Shown: positions 46,627-56,042 of the stretch, in pieces
Numbering within the stretch: position 1 is the first letter of the stretch
How the letters are laid out: every line of letters begins with the position of its first letter
Origin: an uncultured delta proteobacterium
GTDB lineage: Bacteria; Myxococcota_A; Polyangia; Polyangiales; Houyiibacteriaceae
DNA length: 64,000 nucleotides
Reading direction: 5' to 3'
Assembly (NCBI GenBank): GCA_963699755.1
Contig: CAVOVB010000007.1
Span: forward strand, 160,001 to 224,000
Notes under the pieces: generated by a model
The model's database searches: none
What the model was told of the DNA's origin: nothing
The model's input: the letters and a program-made list of their open reading frames with translations, nothing else
Made by a program: the position numbers and the translations under genes

Positions 46627-47436
46627 TCAGCGAAGCCACTTGACGGGCGGATTTCGAAGAGAGCCCTCGACGAAGATGTCATCGGGGATCCCGAGGTCGT
46701 AGCTCACGTTGCTGACGTCGCTCAGCGTGTACCCACCCAACTCGAGATCACTGACCTTGAGCCTGGTGATGGTCGGATGCCCTTGTATGGTGTCCACCTT
46801 GGCGGTTTCGATGCGCCGGTACACCTTGCCCTGCGCGTTTACGTACTCGATCTGGCTGGGCAAGAAAGTCTTCTTGTTGATCCGTAGTGTGTAGTGCACG
46901 AACTCGACGCCCTTGCTGCTCTTGGGCGTGCTCTTCACCACATACTCCGTGTCGGTCGTTTCGATGAGCTCGTGCTTGTCCTCGTCGGGATGTCGCCCGG
47001 AGATATCTTCGTAAAAAAAGTTCGTTCCGACGAAGCTCGTGCGCTCGTCGCTAGCTGCGATTCGCTTCACGAGATCGAGACCTGGAAGGTACAGCCAGCG
47101 ATCGTCGTCCTTGTTAGCATGCTTCTTCACAAGGAACGCCGTGTTGCGAACGTCGGCGGGCTGGTCGAAGACGACTAGGTAGTTCTGGTCGCCTCCGTCC
47201 TTCAAGTCGCGCCTTAGAACCGCGAATTGCCGTCGCTGGGAGCGCCCCTTGCCGTCGACGATCTTCATCCGGATGAGTGCTCGTCCATCTTTTGCCGCGT
47301 AGTACTGGGCGTTGTTCGTGCGATTTACGATTTCACTCGCGTCCTTCAGGTCGCCTGCCTCCGCGGACATCGCGGGGGTCGAGAGAAGAATCGTGGCAGC
47401 GACCGCCGCCAACCAGGTCTTGCTGAGGTCTTTCAT
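46627..47436 (-). CDS. Outer membrane lipoprotein-sorting (LolA-like) protein
   Basis: F.QPADVR.T.FL; DD.WLYLP.L..VKRI; F.GT.F.YED. Confidence 0.9.
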   Translation of the reverse strand: MKDLSKTWLAAVAATILLSTPAMSAEAGDLKDASEIVNRTNNAQYYAAKDGRALIRMKIVDGKGRSQRRQFAVLRRDLKDGGDQNYLVVFDQPADVRNTAFLVKKHANKDDDRWLYLPGLDLVKRIAASDERTSFVGTNFFYEDISGRHPDEDKHELIETTDTEYVVKSTPKSSKGVEFVHYTLRINKKTFLPSQIEYVNAQGKVYRRIETAKVDTIQGHPTITRLKVSDLELGGYTLSDVSNVSYDLGIPDDIFVEGSLRNPPVKWLR

Positions 47437-50057
47437 GCTGTTTGCTCCTTGTTGGTCGCAAGGGACGCCGCGGCGTCGTCCTCGCTCGTTGCTACCGTCT
47501 CCGTTTTTGGGGAGAGCCGGTTTTGGATTTGCATCATGATCGAGGGCAGTAGCACCACCGTGACGACGCTCGAGACGGCCATGATGGCTGCCATCAGGAA
47601 GCCCACGGTGTTGTAGGGAACCAGCGGCGCTCCGAGCAACGGAAGGAACCCAATCGCGATGACGATCGCGTTGCGCGTGATCGCCCTACCCGGCTCCTGG
47701 AACATGAGTGACATCGTTTTGCTCCAGTCACCGGTCTCCTTTTGAATTGACCTAGCGCGCTCGAGGAAATGAATCGCGAAGTCGACCGAGAGGCCAAGCG
47801 TCAAGGACGAGAGGACGGCGACCGGCATGTCGTAGTCCTTGCCCACCAAACCGATCAGTCCGTAGGTGAAGACGATCGTAATCGTGAGTGGGACCATCGC
47901 CAGCACGCCGTACAACGCCGACCGGAACAGGATCACCATCATCAGGAACACGATGACGAACGCGCCCATCAAGCTCTCGAGCATTCCGCCGACCATTTCG
48001 TCCTGCCACACCGTGTTGAGGAACGTGAGGCCGGCCCATTGGACGCGAAGGCCCTCAGGCGGAGGGTTGCCGGCCAAGAAGGTGTCGAGGTCGGTCTTGA
48101 CCGACATCATGTCCTGATTGTCACCGCTCTTGAGCTGCACCCAGATGGCGCTTTCACGGTAGTCGGGGCTCACCAAGTGCCAGAGATCATTCGGACGGTG
48201 AGACGACTGGAACTGGAGGAGCGTCTGCGCGACGCCCTCGGTGGAGCCTGGGATCCGGTAGTCCTCGTCATCTCCACTGAGGAGCTCCCGGTAGACAGTC
48301 TTCACGACATCGGCGATCGAGCTCGTCTTGCCAACGAGGGGCAGCGCGTCCGCTTCCTTCTGGAGCCGTTCGATGTAAGCCAGGTGCTCCGGGTTCTGGA
48401 AGGTCTTGCTTGCCGTCTGCGCCTCTTCGAGCGCGGTCTGCACCGCCTGCCACCGCTCCGAGTCTTCGCCGCTGGTGTCAAAGACCAGATCGGAGGTCGC
48501 TTCGATCAAGGAGTCGGAGACGTTCGTCGCCCCTTCCTCGCTCGCTGCTTCCGCATCGGCTTTGAGAGCGTCCCAGCGAGCGCGCATGTGGCCGCTTGCA
48601 CCCTGGAGGGCTTTGTCACCTGCCGCGATGATCTCGGCGCTTGCATCGGTATCCTGCTTCATGACGAGGAAGGCGGTATAGGTGCCGGCGAGCTCTTGGT
48701 TGAGCACCCTGTCGGCCACGCGGATCTTGTGAGAAGGCTTGAACCAACGGACCGGGTTGTCGTTGATATTTATCTGCGTGATGCCGTATCCGCTGATCGC
48801 GATCGCGACGACCGTCACGACGAGAATCGGCTTGGCGAAACGAAGGCTCTTGGCGCCCACGGCTTCCACGGCGCGACCCAGCAATCCACCCTCGCTTGCG
48901 TCGCGCTTGGCCGAGAGCAGCGCCGTCAAGCGTTTCTCGGGAAGCGCAGCGATGTAGGCAGGGACGAACAAGATCGTCAAGACGAAGGCGACGGCGATGC
49001 CGAAGGCGACAAACGCACCGAAGACACGGACAGGCGGAATCGGGGTCAGCATGAGCGATAGGAAACCCGCCGCCGACGTGAGAGATGTGTACAGCATCGG
49101 CGCGAACAGGTGCCCGACGACCTCCTTGATCGCGACCTTGCGATCGCCGGTCTTCGGGTAGATATCCACGAATTCCGATAGCAGATGGACGGAGTCGACG
49201 ACCGCTATGGGCATCAGGAAGATCGGAATCATCGAGCTCATGATATGCACGGTGAAGCCACTCGCGATCAGGGCTCCCATCGTGATGGTCACTGTGGTCA
49301 TGGCGACGATCATCGGCGACAAGACCAAGGCGAAGGAACGGAAGAACCACCACATCAGCAGAAGGATCACCAGAGCAGCAAGGGGCGCGGAAACCGCCAT
49401 CTGCTTGAACATCTCGACGCCAAAGGTGTCCTCGGCTACCGGAAGGCCGGTGATGTAGAACTCATCGCTGTTGTTGCCGAAGCCGGCGATGACCGCTTCG
49501 ATCTCTTGGGAGATGCGGTGGCTCTGATCCTTGCTCTCGATCGGGACGTAGAGCGCGACACTCTTGCCATCTTCGGAGACCACGGTGCCGCGAAGCATGG
49601 GCAGCCGAAGGGCGGCCTCCTTGATCGCAAGAGCCTCCTCCGGAGTCTTGGGTGCTTCCTCCATCAACCATTCGAAGCGAATCGTCCCAGGCCCAGCCTG
49701 CTCGATGTTGTCCATGGTCGAGGGCCCAAGAACGTCCCGTGCAATGACGCCGTCGATCGACTTCAGCCGCTCGTTGAGCTCGTGAATGCGGGCAAGCGAC
49801 TCGGGGTTGAAGACCCCCTCCGGCTCGGCCTCGTTCACGACGCCCACGACGATCAGGTCGTGAAGGGCGAACTCCCCCTTGGTCTCGTTGTGAAAGACGC
49901 GCGCTGCGTCGTGCTCCGCGAGCATGTTCTCCGGATCGGTATCGACTTGGATCGAGGGAATGGCCGCACCGAGGCCGATCGTGAGCACGGCCAGGCCGAC
50001 GAAGATCAGGCGCGTGTGTTGAATTGGGAAATCGAGAATCTTTCGCTTCATGGACAT
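47433..50057 (-). CDS. MMPL/RND family transporter
   Basis: Two membrane halves with AVVDSVH and SVDFAIH, YTSLTS; large periplasmic loops. Confidence 0.9.
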   Translation of the reverse strand: MSMKRKILDFPIQHTRLIFVGLAVLTIGLGAAIPSIQVDTDPENMLAEHDAARVFHNETKGEFALHDLIVVGVVNEAEPEGVFNPESLARIHELNERLKSIDGVIARDVLGPSTMDNIEQAGPGTIRFEWLMEEAPKTPEEALAIKEAALRLPMLRGTVVSEDGKSVALYVPIESKDQSHRISQEIEAVIAGFGNNSDEFYITGLPVAEDTFGVEMFKQMAVSAPLAALVILLLMWWFFRSFALVLSPMIVAMTTVTITMGALIASGFTVHIMSSMIPIFLMPIAVVDSVHLLSEFVDIYPKTGDRKVAIKEVVGHLFAPMLYTSLTSAAGFLSLMLTPIPPVRVFGAFVAFGIAVAFVLTILFVPAYIAALPEKRLTALLSAKRDASEGGLLGRAVEAVGAKSLRFAKPILVVTVVAIAISGYGITQININDNPVRWFKPSHKIRVADRVLNQELAGTYTAFLVMKQDTDASAEIIAAGDKALQGASGHMRARWDALKADAEAASEEGATNVSDSLIEATSDLVFDTSGEDSERWQAVQTALEEAQTASKTFQNPEHLAYIERLQKEADALPLVGKTSSIADVVKTVYRELLSGDDEDYRIPGSTEGVAQTLLQFQSSHRPNDLWHLVSPDYRESAIWVQLKSGDNQDMMSVKTDLDTFLAGNPPPEGLRVQWAGLTFLNTVWQDEMVGGMLESLMGAFVIVFLMMVILFRSALYGVLAMVPLTITIVFTYGLIGLVGKDYDMPVAVLSSLTLGLSVDFAIHFLERARSIQKETGDWSKTMSLMFQEPGRAITRNAIVIAIGFLPLLGAPLVPYNTVGFLMAAIMAVSSVVTVVLLPSIMMQIQNRLSPKTETVATSEDDAAASLATNKEQTA

Positions 50058-50091
50058 CCGCTCCGTGTGAACTGGACTGAATCTAGGCCTC

Positions 50092-50120
50092 TATATATGC
50101 TCACATAATCATATAGTCAA
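50092..50120 (-). promoter_or_regulatory. Candidate sigma70 promoter of the MMPL operon overlapped by an ArsR-type operator
   Basis: Minus strand TTGACT (50120-50115), 17 nt, TATATA (50097-50092); inverted repeat TATATG-N10-CATATA at 50094-50115. Confidence 0.65.
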
Positions 50121-50160
50121 GTGGTGATTTTTTCCAGGAATGGCGCTATAAAGGGAAGAG

Positions 50161-50493
50161 ATGGCAAAAACCGCGCTCACCCCACAGAATCTGGACTCGG
50201 TCGCGACGCGGTTCCGCATCCTCGGGGTCCCGCTCCGGTTGCAGATTCTGAACGAGCTAGCCGATGGGGAGCGGACGGTAACGGCCCTGGTCCAAGCCAC
50301 GGGCAGCACGCAGCCCAACGTCTCCAAGCACCTCACCACCCTGCTCGCACACCGCTTGGTCAAGCGCGAGAAGCGCGGGAACTCGGCGTACTACTCGGTT
50401 TCCGACCCGGCGGTATTCAGGCTCTGCGAAATCGTCTGCGGGAACATCGAGCGGGCGCTCGATGAAGAACGCGCGGCGTTTAGCGGCGGTTAA
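50161..50493 (+). CDS. ArsR/SmtB family transcriptional regulator with C-terminal CxxxC
   Basis: P.RL.IL..L; Q.NVSKHL..L; G...YYS; LCEIVC. Confidence 0.9.
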   Translation: MAKTALTPQNLDSVATRFRILGVPLRLQILNELADGERTVTALVQATGSTQPNVSKHLTTLLAHRLVKREKRGNSAYYSVSDPAVFRLCEIVCGNIERALDEERAAFSGG

Positions 50494-50528
50494 AGAGAAA
50501 GCGCCCCGGCAAAGTCCGAGGCGCTTTC
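50492..50528 (-). terminator. Intrinsic terminator between convergent genes
   Basis: Stem GAAAGCGCC (50497-50505) / GGCGCTTTC (50520-50528); minus strand continues as TTTCTCTTT. Confidence 0.65.
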
Positions 50529-50548
50529 GACTTCGCCGCTTCGATCGC

Positions 50549-51208
50549 TCAGCGACGGGCGACCGAAAAGCGATATGGGTAGTGAAGGTTGGCTTCAGCC
50601 CGCTGCAGCTGTCGCTCAGACAACTGCACCAGCTCGTTCAGAATGCTCGCCTTCTTCGCGAAATAACCGCCCTGACCGCGACCGTAGTAGCCGCGATGGC
50701 CATGAGCGCGACCGCAGTGGGCGCGCTCGTAGTGGCCACGTCCGTGATGACGGCTTCGTTCGAGCGATGCAAGCTCGCTGCTGAGCAGGCGAAGCCGATC
50801 CGTGTAGCGTTGGTTGACGGGCTCGCGCGCGGATTCGCGGATCTCGCGTTCGAGCCAGGCGTCGAGCGAGCGGTTGGCGTTCCATTCTGCGTCTCGATTC
50901 CGCTCCGCAGTCGCCCGCTCCCAGCGTTCGCTGATCCGGAGGATCTGGTCTAGGTCCTGACGCTGATCGAAGTAGTCGCGACGCGACGCCTGGATCGCCT
51001 TGGGCGTGTGGTTGAACGTCCTCGGCTGGGCGTAGATCGCGCGTGGGGGATCGAAGCTCGCTCGAACCGGATGAACTGTGCGCGGACCGCCCCCTCCAGC
51101 GATCACGACCGTCGTCTGACGATCTCCGCGACGACTTTGCTGCGCGTCGGCCTGGGTTACCGCCCCGAGCGCCAATGCAAAAAGCCCAATGTGAAGTAGA
51201 TATCGCAT
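50549..51208 (-). CDS. Secreted hypothetical protein with His/Gly/Arg-rich segment
   Basis: Signal peptide ending ADA; RBS GAGG; HHGRGHYERAHCGRAHGH. Confidence 0.7.
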   Translation of the reverse strand: MRYLLHIGLFALALGAVTQADAQQSRRGDRQTTVVIAGGGGPRTVHPVRASFDPPRAIYAQPRTFNHTPKAIQASRRDYFDQRQDLDQILRISERWERATAERNRDAEWNANRSLDAWLEREIRESAREPVNQRYTDRLRLLSSELASLERSRHHGRGHYERAHCGRAHGHRGYYGRGQGGYFAKKASILNELVQLSERQLQRAEANLHYPYRFSVARR

Positions 51209-51276
51209 GTTGATTCCTCGTCTCTTTCGGAGTTGTTGCGGGCTTTCCCGCGTTTCACCAACTCGGACGAGGGCAG

Positions 51277-51294
51277 ACCTTACGAAGGTCTTAA
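51277..51294 (-). promoter_or_regulatory. Candidate OmpR-family binding box TTAAG-N6-GTAAG
   Basis: Minus strand TTAAGACCTTCGTAAGGT upstream of 51208; same motif at 52105. Confidence 0.6.
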
Positions 51295-51337
51295 CAGGCG
51301 AAAGAAGGACAAAGAATCCAGATTTCGCCGTGTTCTT

Positions 51338-52066
51338 TCAGCCACTTAGGAGGGCCAGCGACTTGTTCGCACACTCGAGGACAGCGACGACCCGGGGGTC
51401 TTTTTCGAGTGCGTCCCAGAGCGCCCGGGCGCGCTCGCGGTAATCCGCCTGACTCAAGCGGCCTCGCAGCAGCTCGGAGCGAAGAAACACGAAGGTCGTT
51501 TGCACCACATCGTGCAGACAGTAGTCGCGGATCTCTGCATATCGGCGGTGCTCGAACATGCTCTGTACCTTCGAGCCATCGACGTCCATTTTGCCGGGCA
51601 TCCCAACGAGTCGCGCCAGCGCGTCGAGGCTAGGCATTCGGCTCGCGCCATAGTCCGTCAGCAGCTCCGCCAAGTCCATGTGCCCCTCGTCGCTATAGCG
51701 ATAGCGATAGTCGGCGCCGCCGCTGCGCCCTGCATAATAAGCGGGAAAAGGCACACCGTGCTTGAGCATTCGGTTGGCCAAGACTGGCAAGTCGAAGCGA
51801 CGACCGTTGAAGCTCACCATGGTCGGTAGTCGCTTTCCTATGAACTCGGCAAACTCCTGTAGAACCTTGGACTCATCCGGGGGTGCGTTTTCTTCGCCAC
51901 CAAAGGCGCCGAGCTTCTGGAGCTCGTAGTTGCCGTCGAGCCACAGGACCCCGAGTGCCACCACTTGGTGAAACGGTGCAGGAGGAAAACCGTCGACAGC
52001 CGCATCCCAGACCAGGTCGGGGTCGGGAACCGTTTCGATGTCGAGGACGAGAAAAGAGCGGGCCAC
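51338..52066 (-). CDS. PolB-type 3'-5' exonuclease domain protein (DEDDy)
   Basis: LDIETVPD; FNGRRFDLP; H.DL; YC..DV. Confidence 0.85.
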   Translation of the reverse strand: MARSFLVLDIETVPDPDLVWDAAVDGFPPAPFHQVVALGVLWLDGNYELQKLGAFGGEENAPPDESKVLQEFAEFIGKRLPTMVSFNGRRFDLPVLANRMLKHGVPFPAYYAGRSGGADYRYRYSDEGHMDLAELLTDYGASRMPSLDALARLVGMPGKMDVDGSKVQSMFEHRRYAEIRDYCLHDVVQTTFVFLRSELLRGRLSQADYRERARALWDALEKDPRVVAVLECANKSLALLSG

Positions 52067-52104
52067 CGACCAAAACTAGCGGAAAAGAACAAAATCCGCC
52101 CGTC

Positions 52105-52122
52105 TTAAGAATCCCGTAAGGT
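52105..52122 (+). promoter_or_regulatory. Candidate OmpR-family binding box TTAAG-N6-GTAAG
   Basis: TTAAGAATCCCGTAAGGT upstream of the Spy-like/RR/HK operon. Confidence 0.6.
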
Positions 52123-52172
52123 TCGAGCCGTTTACTTCATGAAGAGGCGGAATCTCCGCGAAAGGAATAGCC

Positions 52173-52613
52173 ATGAAGTTCATCGAGAAGGAAACCATCG
52201 TCGCTGCCCTGCTGGGCGGCGTCACGGCAATCGTGCTCACCGCAGGAAGCGTCGCGCTCGCGCACGGCGGCCCTCACGGAGGCCCCCACGGCGAAAGAGG
52301 ACCTTGGTCGCCTGAGAAGATGGAGGAGCATCTGACCGAAATGACCCAGCGGCTCGATCTGAGCCCCGCACAGGAGCTCGCGATCCGGTCGATCATGGAG
52401 CAGGCGCAGGCGAAGCGTCAGGAGATCCAAGAGATGCCCGGAGGCAAAGAGAAGCTCGTGGCGATGAAGGACCTCCATTTCGCGACCGAAGATCAAATCT
52501 ATGCGAACCTCAGTTGTGAGCAGCGCGAGGATCTTCGATTGCTGAAGCGAGAGCACAAGGTCGAGCGAATGGAAGAGCGCTTCGAGCGCCATCGTTCCGC
52601 AGATCAGAAGTAA
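52173..52613 (+). CDS. Spy/CpxP-like periplasmic protein
   Basis: Signal peptide; HGGPHGGPHG; LDLSPAQ and LS.EQR (LTxxQ-like) motifs. Confidence 0.7.
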   Translation: MKFIEKETIVAALLGGVTAIVLTAGSVALAHGGPHGGPHGERGPWSPEKMEEHLTEMTQRLDLSPAQELAIRSIMEQAQAKRQEIQEMPGGKEKLVAMKDLHFATEDQIYANLSCEQREDLRLLKREHKVERMEERFERHRSADQK

Positions 52614-52625
52614 CTGGAGAACCCG

Positions 52626-53294
52626 GTGTCCAATCGAATCCTGCTGGTGGAAGATGACGTCGCACTTGGCGAACAAGTGGTACAGACTCTTTCGCAAGCA
52701 GGGTTCGAGCCGCACTGGGTCCAGGACGGCGACGCGGCGCGTGATCTCGACCCCAACGAATACCGCGTCATCGTCTTGGACCTGATGCTCCCTGGAACCT
52801 ATGGCATGGACCTCCTAAAGCGCTACCGCGTGAAGTCCGAAGTCCCGGTCCTGATCCTGAGCGCGCGCGACGACACCGCGGACAAGATTCGCGGGCTCAA
52901 GCTCGGGGCGGACGACTATGTCACCAAACCGTTTTTCCCCGAAGAGCTCATCGCACGCATCCGAGCGTGCTTGCGCCGCCCTCATCTCGTGGGGACCGAA
53001 CGCCTCGTCGTCGGAGCCATTCAGGTCGACCTCGAGAGCCGCGAAGTCAGCAACGCCTCAGGAACGCTCTCGCTGACGCCGGTTGAATTCGAGATACTGG
53101 CCCTTCTCGCGCGACGCAAAGGCTCGGCGGTCACCCGGGAGGCTCTGGTCGACGCTGCGCTCGACCCGGCGCAAGACAGCAGCAGACGCACCCTCGACGT
53201 CCACATCTCTCGACTGCGGAGCAAGCTCGGTGACGATGCCGGACAGCTCGAAACCGTCTGGGGCATCGGCTACCGCCTCTCAGGGGGCGCGTGA
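52626..53294 (+). CDS. OmpR-family response regulator
   Basis: VEDD; LDLMLP; GADDYVTKPF; VHISRLR.K; TVWGIGY. Confidence 0.95.
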   Translation: MSNRILLVEDDVALGEQVVQTLSQAGFEPHWVQDGDAARDLDPNEYRVIVLDLMLPGTYGMDLLKRYRVKSEVPVLILSARDDTADKIRGLKLGADDYVTKPFFPEELIARIRACLRRPHLVGTERLVVGAIQVDLESREVSNASGTLSLTPVEFEILALLARRKGSAVTREALVDAALDPAQDSSRRTLDVHISRLRSKLGDDAGQLETVWGIGYRLSGGA

Positions 53295-54679
53295 AGCTTC
53301 GCGCAAGATTGGCCTTGACCCTCGGCCTGGCCGCGATTTCCTTGCTGGTGCTCCTGGGCTGGGCTCAGTCCCGGTGGCATTCGCAGATGCGAGTGGAAGC
53401 GCTCGCCGAGGCCGCCGTGAACCGAATGGAATCCGGAGGACGAGAGCGATGCGAAGCCGACCCCGAACGGTGGCCCGGCGTGCAGGGCGAACGACGGCCC
53501 CGACGGCATCCCAGCCCTCCGCACCAAACGCTTCCACGCCATCGGATTTCTGCCTACGACACGAATTTCGAGAGCGCCAATCCAGACAACCCCGTCTTCC
53601 CAAAGGCACTCAAAGAGCAACTGAAGGCCGGGAACGAAGTCGCGACCGTTCGCTCCCGGGACCAGCGCCGTACGGAAGTAGCGGTTCGAATGCCTTGGAA
53701 CGAGGGCCCCTGTGCGGTGTTGCTCATGCAATCCAAAGGACCGCCATCTTGGTTTTCTGGCGCGGTGCTGATGCCAGCATTTCTGGTTGGGCTGGTCGTG
53801 GTGCTCGTCGCGCTCTTTGCGGCGGGCCCCATCGTTTTCCGAGTGCGGCAGCTGACGGAATCGGTCCGCACGCTTGGCAGCGGCTCGGAGGAGCCTATTC
53901 ACGTCGAGGGGAGCGACGAGATTGCCGAGCTCGGCGCGGCCTTCGAGCAAAGCCGCCAAACGATCCAAGCGCAACTCGCATCGCTGCGCGAACGCGAAGC
54001 TGCGCTCCGCAACTACATCGCCAACACGACACACGACGTGATGCTTCCATTGAGCGTCCTACAGGGCCACTTGGTTTCGCTACAGCAGCGAATCGAAGCT
54101 GGCGAAATGCTCGATGCGAGAGCGATCGTGCCGAGCCTCGAGGAGTCCCAGTACCTCGGTTCGCTTCTACACAACCTCAATGCCGCGGCGAGACTCGAAG
54201 CCAACGATGGGCTGACCCATCGCGACCCGATCGACTTGAACCGCCTGGTCGAGCGCGTAGTCGAAAGGCATCGACCAATCGCGAAGCGGAAGCATATCAG
54301 CCTGGATCTAGCAGTGCCGGAAGCCGCGATCGAGTTCCTCAGTGACCTCACGCTGCTCGAGCAGGCGCTCGGCAACATCGTGCAGAACGCCATTCGCTAC
54401 AACCGCGCGGACGGCCATGTGGCCGTCATCCTCGAAGGAGCTCCGAAGAGCTGGTCGCTTCGGGTGGTCGACGACGGCCCTGGGATCCCCGAGATCGAAC
54501 GTGACCGAGTGGTTGAACCCTCGTTCCGCGGAAGCGAAGCACGGACTCGGCATCCGCACGGAATGGGTTTGGGGCTTCATATTGCGAGCGATGTCGCCAA
54601 GCGGCACGGACTACGCCTCGAGCTGCGCGACACCGATGGCGGCGGCCTGACGGTCGAGCTGATCTACGCGAGCCAATAG
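53291..54679 (+). CDS. Sensor histidine kinase (2 TM, HAMP)
   Basis: DEIAEL HAMP; H-box THDVMLPL; N..QNAIRY; DDGPG; GMGLGL. Confidence 0.92.
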   Translation: MKLRARLALTLGLAAISLLVLLGWAQSRWHSQMRVEALAEAAVNRMESGGRERCEADPERWPGVQGERRPRRHPSPPHQTLPRHRISAYDTNFESANPDNPVFPKALKEQLKAGNEVATVRSRDQRRTEVAVRMPWNEGPCAVLLMQSKGPPSWFSGAVLMPAFLVGLVVVLVALFAAGPIVFRVRQLTESVRTLGSGSEEPIHVEGSDEIAELGAAFEQSRQTIQAQLASLREREAALRNYIANTTHDVMLPLSVLQGHLVSLQQRIEAGEMLDARAIVPSLEESQYLGSLLHNLNAAARLEANDGLTHRDPIDLNRLVERVVERHRPIAKRKHISLDLAVPEAAIEFLSDLTLLEQALGNIVQNAIRYNRADGHVAVILEGAPKSWSLRVVDDGPGIPEIERDRVVEPSFRGSEARTRHPHGMGLGLHIASDVAKRHGLRLELRDTDGGGLTVELIYASQ

Positions 54680-54749
54680 GGGTGCAATCGGTCGACGCGA
54701 TACTTGACCGAAACCCTGGACCGTGCGGAAATTGCGAAGCGGAGGACCG

Positions 54750-55106
54750 ATGTTCAAAGAGATACTTCAAGACTTGGTCGATCGAACCGATGGTGGGGTA
54801 GCCGGGCTGCTGATGGCGTCCGATGGAATCGCGATCGATCAATATTCGAAGGGCGACGGCCCCTTCGATATCGAGTCGGTGGGCATGGAGTACAGCGTCG
54901 TGCTCAAGGGGGTTCAGCGCGCTGGCGAAATGCTAGACACCGGGAGCACGAGCGAGATCTCGGTCCAGACCGAGCGGCTCACGACCGTCGTTCGCCTTTT
55001 GACCGACGAATACTTCGTCGCGCTCGCGGTTGCGCCCGGCGGAAATGTCGGGAAGGCACGATACCTGCTACGAACGAGCGCACCCAAGCTGATCGAAAAC
55101 CTCTGA
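54750..55106 (+). CDS. mglC: Roadblock/LC7 domain protein, MglC-like
   Basis: LM..DGI.ID; GN.GK.RY.LR; RBS GGAGG; synteny with accBC and an SgmX-like gene as recalled for Myxococcus. Confidence 0.7.
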   Translation: MFKEILQDLVDRTDGGVAGLLMASDGIAIDQYSKGDGPFDIESVGMEYSVVLKGVQRAGEMLDTGSTSEISVQTERLTTVVRLLTDEYFVALAVAPGGNVGKARYLLRTSAPKLIENL

Positions 55107-55110
55107 TCCC

Positions 55111-55566
55111 ATGGCGGCTTCGGTGAAACGCATCCTCGTGCTAAACGGACCCAACCTCAATTTGCTGGGTACCCGCGAACCTGATGTCTACGGTGCGACC
55201 ACCTTGGACGACGTCGAACGGGCACTGCAGGACCTGAGCAAGGACCTTGGTGCTACGATCGACTGCCGGCAGTCCAATCAGGAAGGCCAGCTCATCGATT
55301 GGCTTCACGAGGCGCGCGAGTCATTCGACGGCGTGGTCCTCAACCCGGGCGGCCTCACGCACACATCGGTCTCCTTGCGTGATGGAATCGCGGCAACCGG
55401 ACTTCCCGTCGTCGAGGTACACATTTCGAATACCGCGGCGCGCGAGTCGTTTCGCCACCAGTCAGTCACGGCTGCGGTATGTATCGGATCTGTGATTGGG
55501 TTCGGAAAGAATAGCTACATGCTTGGCCTTCGCGCCCTAATCGACTATTTGAACGCTGCTGGCTGA
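55111..55566 (+). CDS. aroQ: Type II 3-dehydroquinate dehydratase
   Basis: [35 protein letters not shown]...RE.FRH.S. Confidence 0.97.
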   Translation: MAASVKRILVLNGPNLNLLGTREPDVYGATTLDDVERALQDLSKDLGATIDCRQSNQEGQLIDWLHEARESFDGVVLNPGGLTHTSVSLRDGIAATGLPVVEVHISNTAARESFRHQSVTAAVCIGSVIGFGKNSYMLGLRALIDYLNAAG

Positions 55567-55589
55567 TCAAACCGCCGCCGGGGAACACC

Positions 55590-56039
55590 ATGAAGTTGGA
55601 CTTGGATCAACTGCGCGCGCTCATTCGACTCCTTGACGAAGCGAACCTCACCGAGATCGAAGTCTCACACGATGACGACCGCATTCGGGTGTGCCGTCAA
55701 CCCTCGCCCCTGCCTGGCGCCACGGCCACCGAATTGGCAGCGCCGGCGACTCCGGGCTCGGTGCCGGCAAGCACGGCATCCGGGACCGAGGATGACGATA
55801 GAGCCTACGTGACCTCTCCCTTCGTCGGCACCTTCTATCGCTCGCCCTCGCCGAACGGCGACCCCTTCGTCGATGTCGGCGACCCAATCGTCCCTGGCCA
55901 AGTCCTTTGCATCGTAGAGGCCATGAAGCTCATGAATGAAATCGAAGCAGAGGTTGACGGAACAATCGTCGAAATACTGGTCGAGAACGGCAAACCCGTG
56001 GAGTACGGCGATCGGCTCTTTCGAGTCGAAATCAGCTGA
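55590..56039 (+). CDS. accB: Acetyl-CoA carboxylase biotin carboxyl carrier protein
   Basis: [18 protein letters not shown] biotinylation motif. Confidence 0.97.
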   Translation: MKLDLDQLRALIRLLDEANLTEIEVSHDDDRIRVCRQPSPLPGATATELAAPATPGSVPASTASGTEDDDRAYVTSPFVGTFYRSPSPNGDPFVDVGDPIVPGQVLCIVEAMKLMNEIEAEVDGTIVEILVENGKPVEYGDRLFRVEIS

Positions 56040-56042
56040 GCC

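Noticed and set aside
51338..52066. Exonuclease as a defence or prophage marker
   Set aside because: Solitary gene with no flanking defence, phage or integrase genes.
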